Part shown: positions 58,804-64,000 of the stretch, piece after piece
Numbering within the stretch: the first letter of the stretch is position 1
Layout of the letters: every line of letters starts with the position of its first letter
NCBI GenBank assembly: GCA_051003195.1
Contig: JBPCLP010000021.1
Coordinates: forward strand, 32,001-96,000
Reading direction: 5' to 3'
Length of the DNA stretch: 64,000 nt
Source: Candidatus Sumerlaeaceae bacterium
Lineage (GTDB): Bacteria; Sumerlaeota; Sumerlaeia; Sumerlaeales; Sumerlaeaceae
Program-made: the position numbers and the translations under genes
Notes under the pieces: generated by a model
Databases searched by the model: none
What the model was told of the DNA's origin: nothing
Seen by the model: the letters and a program-made list of their open reading frames with translations, nothing else

Positions 58804-60164
58804 ACGTGCGGATTCGAAAACCTGCGCCTCGTGGTGGCAATGGAATGTCTGCATGGCGGGTGCTGGTCAGCGGGCCGGCACTATTTGGTTCGGGGCGCCG
58901 CGCCATCGTACTCGTGCTTGTGCTGTGGGTGGTCATTGTGCTGGGGATCATCGCATCGTCGCTGGCTTTCGATGTACAGGTCAGCTCCAAGTTAACACTC
59001 ATCCAGCGCGAGCAGTTCATTGCATATAACCTGGCCAAGAGCGCTATCGCCGTGGGCATGACACACCTTCAGAACGACCTCCTCATCGAGCAGCAGGAAA
59101 ACCCGAACCAGCTTTACGATGCACCCAGCGACGTGTGGGCACAGCCCGGGCGGCGCGAAAAAGACATCGAAGTAGAGATCGATAAGGAGCACAAGGATCG
59201 CTCGTACGAGGTCGAAGTAGCCGATGAAGAAGGCAAAATTCCGCTGAACAATGCGAGCCCCCGGCTGCTGAAGGGCCTTCTGGAATTCTATGGCTACGAG
59301 GCGCCGGACTCAGATGAAGTTGCGGCTGCAATCGTCGACTACCGTGACCAGGACGACATGTGCGCGTCCGCACCCGGCGAAAAAGAAAACGAGCACTACA
59401 GCGCTGCGCTGGGGCAACGGATCAGCAATAACATGGATTCAGCGCAGCTCGCATACCAGTGCCCGAACGAACCCTTTATGACGGTCGAGCAGTTGCTGGA
59501 CGTGTACGGCATTCAGCCGGAAGTTTTTTATGGCTATGATCCGGCCGAGAGCGAGGCGCGCGACCTGAAAACGCGCGACGCCATTGCTGAGGGCCGTAAG
59601 GCACCGCGGCAGCGCCAGCGTAAAGGGCGCAAGGTGCTGCCAATGAAAGATGTGGTAAGCGTGAGTACGCAAGGGCGCGTCAACCTGAACACTGCGCCCG
59701 TGGAAGTGCTCACAGTTTTGATCTATGCGGCGAACAATTTTGCGTCCATCGACTCGGCGCACTCTGCGGCAGAGGCCATCGCCGAGTTTCGTGGTGACGG
59801 CAGGCGCGGCAGGATTCCGAACGAAGAGGATGCATTTAAAAGCCTTCCGGATGTGGCCAAGGTGCCGGGAGTCGACGCGAATGCATTGAACCAGCTTGGC
59901 GGCATGGGAGTGCAGCCCTCCTTTCATTCGGAGATCTTCTCGGTATTGGGCATTGGCAAGACGGCACGGGCGCAACGCACGATCACAGCGGTAGTCGAAC
60001 GGAAGCTGGAAGTATTTGACCCTAACAGTGCGCGTCTCTCAAGCAACAAGAACGGTCGCACGCCAGCTCGCCGTGTGCCGGGCAGCCGAAGAAAAAAAGG
60101 CGGGGAACAACAGGATGATTACATTCGGGTACCGGCAGTGCGCGTACTGCAGTGGATCGATTGA
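58800..60164 (+). CDS. gspK: Pseudopilin tip protein GspK
   Basis: AIVLVLVLW, DEEGKIPLN, AIVDYRDQD, VNLNTAP helix-hairpin-helix motifs. Confidence 0.88.
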   Translation: MNVRIRKPAPRGGNGMSAWRVLVSGPALFGSGRRAIVLVLVLWVVIVLGIIASSLAFDVQVSSKLTLIQREQFIAYNLAKSAIAVGMTHLQNDLLIEQQENPNQLYDAPSDVWAQPGRREKDIEVEIDKEHKDRSYEVEVADEEGKIPLNNASPRLLKGLLEFYGYEAPDSDEVAAAIVDYRDQDDMCASAPGEKENEHYSAALGQRISNNMDSAQLAYQCPNEPFMTVEQLLDVYGIQPEVFYGYDPAESEARDLKTRDAIAEGRKAPRQRQRKGRKVLPMKDVVSVSTQGRVNLNTAPVEVLTVLIYAANNFASIDSAHSAAEAIAEFRGDGRRGRIPNEEDAFKSLPDVAKVPGVDANALNQLGGMGVQPSFHSEIFSVLGIGKTARAQRTITAVVERKLEVFDPNSARLSSNKNGRTPARRVPGSRRKKGGEQQDDYIRVPAVRVLQWID

Positions 60165-60210
60165 AACATGACATCAGATAACCACCTCGGCGATTCTCGA
60201 ACGGAGACCT

Positions 60211-62100
60211 ATGGCCGCTAGTTTAGCCATAGAATTTACCGACGTCGACTGCAAGCTTGTGCACGTAGAGCGCGGCAAGGGCGGGCGTTTGACCGTGCGC
60301 GTGATGTCCTCGTTTGAACTTTCAAAAGACGAGAACGTTGAAGCTCGCGTGACGCAACGAGCGCAACTTCTGCGGGATGCATTGAAGGCCGGTAAGATAA
60401 AGCCGCAGGCGGTACGGGTTGTAATTCCAAAGAATTTCGTAATGGCCCGCACCGTCACTTTGCCTTCGGTGGATGAGAACGAGATTGTGGGTATGGCCCG
60501 GTTCGAGGCAGAGCGCCACATCCCGTTCAATGCAGACCGCCACATTGTCTCGCACCATACATTGTCGAAGCAGGGAATGCAGGGCAGTGATGTGCTTCTG
60601 GCTGCGGTGGATCAACCGATCGCGCAGGAGTACCTGGATGTCTGCGCGAAAGCCGGGCTGACGGTCGAGGGAATCAGCGTTTCGTCGCTGGCCGTGTTTA
60701 ACGCGTTTGCGGCAGCCGAGCCAACCGCCCTGGCCGAGCGTGTGGTCGCAGTGGTGAACATCGGGCGCGCAGGTACCGACCTTGTAATCGCGACGAATGG
60801 TAACGTGACGTTCACACGTGGTTCAACGCTGGGGCTGAACAAGTTACTGGCAGAGCTGGAGTCCGCGGGGCTTGAGAGACCGTTCGAGCTGCAGGACCTC
60901 TCGCAGGTGGACGCACTGGAGCCACATCTGTATTTCCGCAGGCCAGGATCGTCGCCTGCGGAGCCTGTGCCGGTTATTTACGATGAACTGGCATCCGTCC
61001 ATGGCGCAATTCCGCCGCCGCCTCCCATTCCCGACGGCTTTAGCGCGGTTGGGGGCGGGCAAGCTGACATTAACATGAGCGGCATCTACCGCTCGGGTGC
61101 ATCTTCTGCTGCGGCCGAGATAAGCGCACATCTTATCCCTCCTTCGGAAGCGGTTGCACCCGACAACCCTGGTGCGGTGGCCTTTCGCGGCTGGCTCATT
61201 CGAGTTCTGCAGGAAGTAAAACGAACGTACGAGTTCGCACATCGTGAGTTCGACATACCACTCATCACTCACATATACCTGGCCGGTGAAGGCACGGCGA
61301 TTCATAATCTGTCCCAGTATTTCCGCGTGAACTTCAGTGTCGAGGCATCGGTATTCGATCCGTTGCGCGGCGCGCAGCCGACGAAGAAGCTGCCGCAGTC
61401 GGCGCGCGATCGCTCGGCTGCTTTCGCGGCAGCCATTGGTGCATTGGTTGCCGACGCGACCCCACATGCAGTTCGCGTGAACCTGCTTCCAATGGAGTAC
61501 CTGCAGCGGCGGCTTGCGAAGAAACAGCAGCGCTCGTACATCGTGACGGGGGTCTTGCTGCTGGCCGCGCTTGGTATGGGATACATGTACATGTCAGACA
61601 AGTTCGAGCAGAAGCGCGACATGCTTTCCGAGCTTCTGGATCGCAACGCCAAGGACAAGACACGCGTGGGAGACCTTGAGAGCAAGAAGCAGCGGCTGGA
61701 GATCATCCGCAGTAACGTGCAGGAGGACCAGGGTGCGCTGGAAGTGTTGGAAAAACTGAGCGAGCTCTCGCTCGTTCCTTCGAAAGTGACGCTGACTCGC
61801 TTTGAGTATAAAAAAGGCGACTTCGTCAAGGTCCAGGGCCACGCCAAGGATCTTTCATCCGCAAACCAGGTGGTGGCCGAGCTTCGGAAAATGCAAACTC
61901 CGGATGGCCGGCTCTACTTTGACGAAGCCAAAATGGACGACAATTCCCTGGCGACACGAAACCCGCGCGGAAAAGGAACGGACGCGGTGATCGAGTACTC
62001 GGCCACGGCAACGTTCCCAAAGAAGAAAAAGAAAACTTCGAGCCAGAGCTCGGAAGCAGCGGCATCCGAAGAAGGAGGTGCTGCCGGTGGCACTCAGTAA
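60211..62100 (+). CDS. GspL-like / PilM-PilN fusion alignment protein
   Basis: Actin-like PilM domain (EAERHIPF, VNIGRAGT, IYLAGEG), VNLLP + TM + PilN-like periplasmic domain. Confidence 0.8.
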   Translation: MAASLAIEFTDVDCKLVHVERGKGGRLTVRVMSSFELSKDENVEARVTQRAQLLRDALKAGKIKPQAVRVVIPKNFVMARTVTLPSVDENEIVGMARFEAERHIPFNADRHIVSHHTLSKQGMQGSDVLLAAVDQPIAQEYLDVCAKAGLTVEGISVSSLAVFNAFAAAEPTALAERVVAVVNIGRAGTDLVIATNGNVTFTRGSTLGLNKLLAELESAGLERPFELQDLSQVDALEPHLYFRRPGSSPAEPVPVIYDELASVHGAIPPPPPIPDGFSAVGGGQADINMSGIYRSGASSAAAEISAHLIPPSEAVAPDNPGAVAFRGWLIRVLQEVKRTYEFAHREFDIPLITHIYLAGEGTAIHNLSQYFRVNFSVEASVFDPLRGAQPTKKLPQSARDRSAAFAAAIGALVADATPHAVRVNLLPMEYLQRRLAKKQQRSYIVTGVLLLAALGMGYMYMSDKFEQKRDMLSELLDRNAKDKTRVGDLESKKQRLEIIRSNVQEDQGALEVLEKLSELSLVPSKVTLTRFEYKKGDFVKVQGHAKDLSSANQVVAELRKMQTPDGRLYFDEAKMDDNSLATRNPRGKGTDAVIEYSATATFPKKKKKTSSQSSEAAASEEGGAAGGTQ

Positions 62101-62698
62101 GCGCGATTCGAGCATCGCATACGCAATGGGGGTAATGCTGGTGGCGTACCTGCTGTGGGTGTTTGGCATCGAACCAGTATACCGGCAGTATGTCGAGTTG
62201 AACGAGGACCTGCAGCGCCAGGAAGAGCAATTCAGCAAGAACCAGAAAACGCTGGCTGAGGCGCGTAAAATCGAAGAGGGTTACAAGCGCGTGGAAGCGC
62301 AGTTCCCCCCGGACGTTCCTGATAAGGACCCGGCCGACGTGTTTATCGAGGAAGTGGATGCCCTCGTCACGGAGAGAGTCGGAAAGCGGCCGGACTTAAA
62401 GCCCACAAGCAGCGAGCAGATCAAGGGCGCGAAGGGATATGAGATGCTGAGCTTCCCGATTTCGATTCGAAACGTAGAATTGAAACCGATCGCCGAGCTG
62501 TTGAAGGCATTCGACCAGCGCGGCTACCTCGTGCTGAACGCGACACTCAACCGCGCCGCGAACCTCGATAAGAACGAACTCGATTCGGTGGATATCACGC
62601 TGGCGCGGATCGTTAAACCTGAGGAACCTGAACCCCCGGTTCGCCCGGTTCGTATACCCCGCCTGGGTGGCGCTCCTGCCGCGAGAGAGCCGTCATGA
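62078..62698 (+). CDS. GspM/PilO-like protein
   Basis: LSKRD-TM-coiled coil-ferredoxin-like pattern; operon position. Confidence 0.65.
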   Translation: MLPVALSKRDSSIAYAMGVMLVAYLLWVFGIEPVYRQYVELNEDLQRQEEQFSKNQKTLAEARKIEEGYKRVEAQFPPDVPDKDPADVFIEEVDALVTERVGKRPDLKPTSSEQIKGAKGYEMLSFPISIRNVELKPIAELLKAFDQRGYLVLNATLNRAANLDKNELDSVDITLARIVKPEEPEPPVRPVRIPRLGGAPAAREPS

Positions 62699-63315
62699 AC
62701 CGCCAGGAAATTCTACTGAACCTTACACTGATCACGGTAATCGGTGCGCTTGGTTATTCGATTTACGATGCGCGGCAGAACCGTCCCGAGATTTCGGGCA
62801 TTCGCAGCTCCGAGGAGCTTGCCGTGCAGGATACCGAGGACATCAGCACGGAAACGACGTATAATCGCAGGCAAGCGGACCTGAAATTCCCCAAGGTCGG
62901 GAACACGGACCTCTTCAAGGCGATCATTCCGCCTACACCTTCACCCATACCGCCCACACCCAAGCCAACCGATACGCCAAACATCCATGCAGCTCTTAAT
63001 GCCTGGAAGGTGCTGTCGGTGCAGGACGGGACGGCGACAATCGAAGACGTCATTAAGTCACGCGCCGGTATAGAGGACGCTGTTTTCGATATGAAGCCGG
63101 GAGATACTCGACCGATCGACATCGGCGGCGGGCAGACGAGGCCCGTTAAGCTCGACAGTGCGGACGAGGTGACCAATCCGGACCAGCCCTCCGCTACCTT
63201 CAGCATGCAGGACACACAAGCCGTTCGAACATTGAAGATGGGTGACGAGGCCGGCGCAAATGCGGCGGGTAAACCCCCTGAAGGCCAGCCTCAGCAGGCA
63301 CCGGCTCCTCAGTGA
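62695..63315 (+). CDS. Bitopic protein, possible GspC/PilP-like
   Basis: N-terminal TM, DLF motif, Pro-rich linker, beta domain; between GspM-like gene and secretin-like gene. Confidence 0.5.
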   Translation: MNRQEILLNLTLITVIGALGYSIYDARQNRPEISGIRSSEELAVQDTEDISTETTYNRRQADLKFPKVGNTDLFKAIIPPTPSPIPPTPKPTDTPNIHAALNAWKVLSVQDGTATIEDVIKSRAGIEDAVFDMKPGDTRPIDIGGGQTRPVKLDSADEVTNPDQPSATFSMQDTQAVRTLKMGDEAGANAAGKPPEGQPQQAPAPQ

Positions 63316-63474
63316 TCTCAGTTACGAAACACACGATGCGTTTGGCTTCAACACAGGACAACAGCGCCCGCATGGCACCCTGTTTCCTGAAATGCGAATG
63401 CTGCTTCAAATCACAAAAGCTGTAGACAACCACATCTTCGGAGAAGACTCCGTTAGCTCTTGCCAGGAGAAGAA

Positions 63475-64000
63475 ATGTACGGGATGAAGAAGGCAAAGCG
63501 CGCTGGCGCACTCCGCATGGCCATCATGGCGTTGGCGGTGATTTCAATTGGTATGGCCGTGCACGCGCAAGAAGACGCGCCTGCGGCAACCAACGGTCCT
63601 GCCATGGCAGGCGGCGCGGCCGACGCTCAGACAAGTCCGTCCGGACCCATTGGCGACCGCAAGATCACCGTGGTTTCGATGGGTTTCACGATCGATCGAA
63701 TTGTTGCGAAGTTCGCCGAGCAGGGCGTCACAGTGGCAGCGCGCGGCAAAGTCGCCGGGCAAAAAATACCCAGCTACATCGTGCGCAACGCACCGATCAA
63801 GGATGCGCTGGTACAGCTAGTCAATTCGCAGCCAAACTGGCTGCTCTTTGAGCCGACCGATCGACCTGGTACGTTTGAAATCTGGGACCAGGAAAGCTAC
63901 AGAACAGAAGTGCTTCCTCGCATGGTGCGGCAGAAGACTTTTTTGCCGCGCGAGATCACGGCTGAGGAAGCCTACAAGGCGATCCAGGGTGTGATTACCC
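63475..64000 (+). CDS. Probable secretin (GspD/PilQ) N-terminus, runs off window
   Basis: AGGAG RBS; open frame MYGMKKAKRAGALRMAIMALAVISIGMAVHAQ... with signal peptide, N0-like domain and N3-like KTFLPREITAEEA; not in supplied ORF track because it lacks a stop. Confidence 0.6.
   Translation, partial: MYGMKKAKRAGALRMAIMALAVISIGMAVHAQEDAPAATNGPAMAGGAADAQTSPSGPIGDRKITVVSMGFTIDRIVAKFAEQGVTVAARGKVAGQKIPSYIVRNAPIKDALVQLVNSQPNWLLFEPTDRPGTFEIWDQESYRTEVLPRMVRQKTFLPREITAEEAYKAIQGVIT

Noticed and set aside
1..64000. CRISPR array, rRNA, tRNA, integrase or transposase genes
   Set aside because: No regularly spaced repeat-spacer array, RNA gene signature or recombinase/transposase motif was recognised by eye

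Overview
GC-rich bacterial chromosomal window with about 50 CDS, no rRNA, tRNA or CRISPR seen. It is diderm: it has a secretin-type T2SS/T4P cluster and an alpha-2-macroglobulin/PBP1C pair. One C-terminal motif tentatively suggests Sumerlaeota/BRC1. The left 15 kb is accessory and metabolic. It holds a divergent SdhA/FrdA/NadB-family flavoprotein (3' part only), suyAB (sulfolactate sulfo-lyase), and a minus-strand operon of a two-subunit Fe-S fumarase/tartrate-dehydratase-family hydro-lyase, an Sdh-type membrane anchor and a four-gene Rieske/cytochrome b complex. My best candidate for an undescribed system is a sulfonate analogue of the succinate-fumarate-malate steps: 3-sulfopropionate -> sulfoacrylate -> (R)-sulfolactate -> pyruvate + sulfite, wired to its own bc complex. 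This is inference and untested. Four copies of a ~100-bp CTAG-bounded, MITE-like element with a covarying internal hairpin lie at 1235, 1370, 5511 and 44250. The middle of the window has a MacAB-type ABC exporter, secreted and multiheme proteins, a degenerate REC-GGDEF protein, housekeeping genes (rfbA, dapA, tsaB, ugd, rph, rlmD, aroE, obgE) and an AT-rich DnaA-box cluster at ~32.2-32.5 kb (candidate oriC unlinked to dnaA). The right end has pbpC, A2M and a T2SS-like operon that lacks gspG at its usual place and carries heptamer repeats in its prepilin leaders. All calls come from motif recognition by eye, with no database searches.
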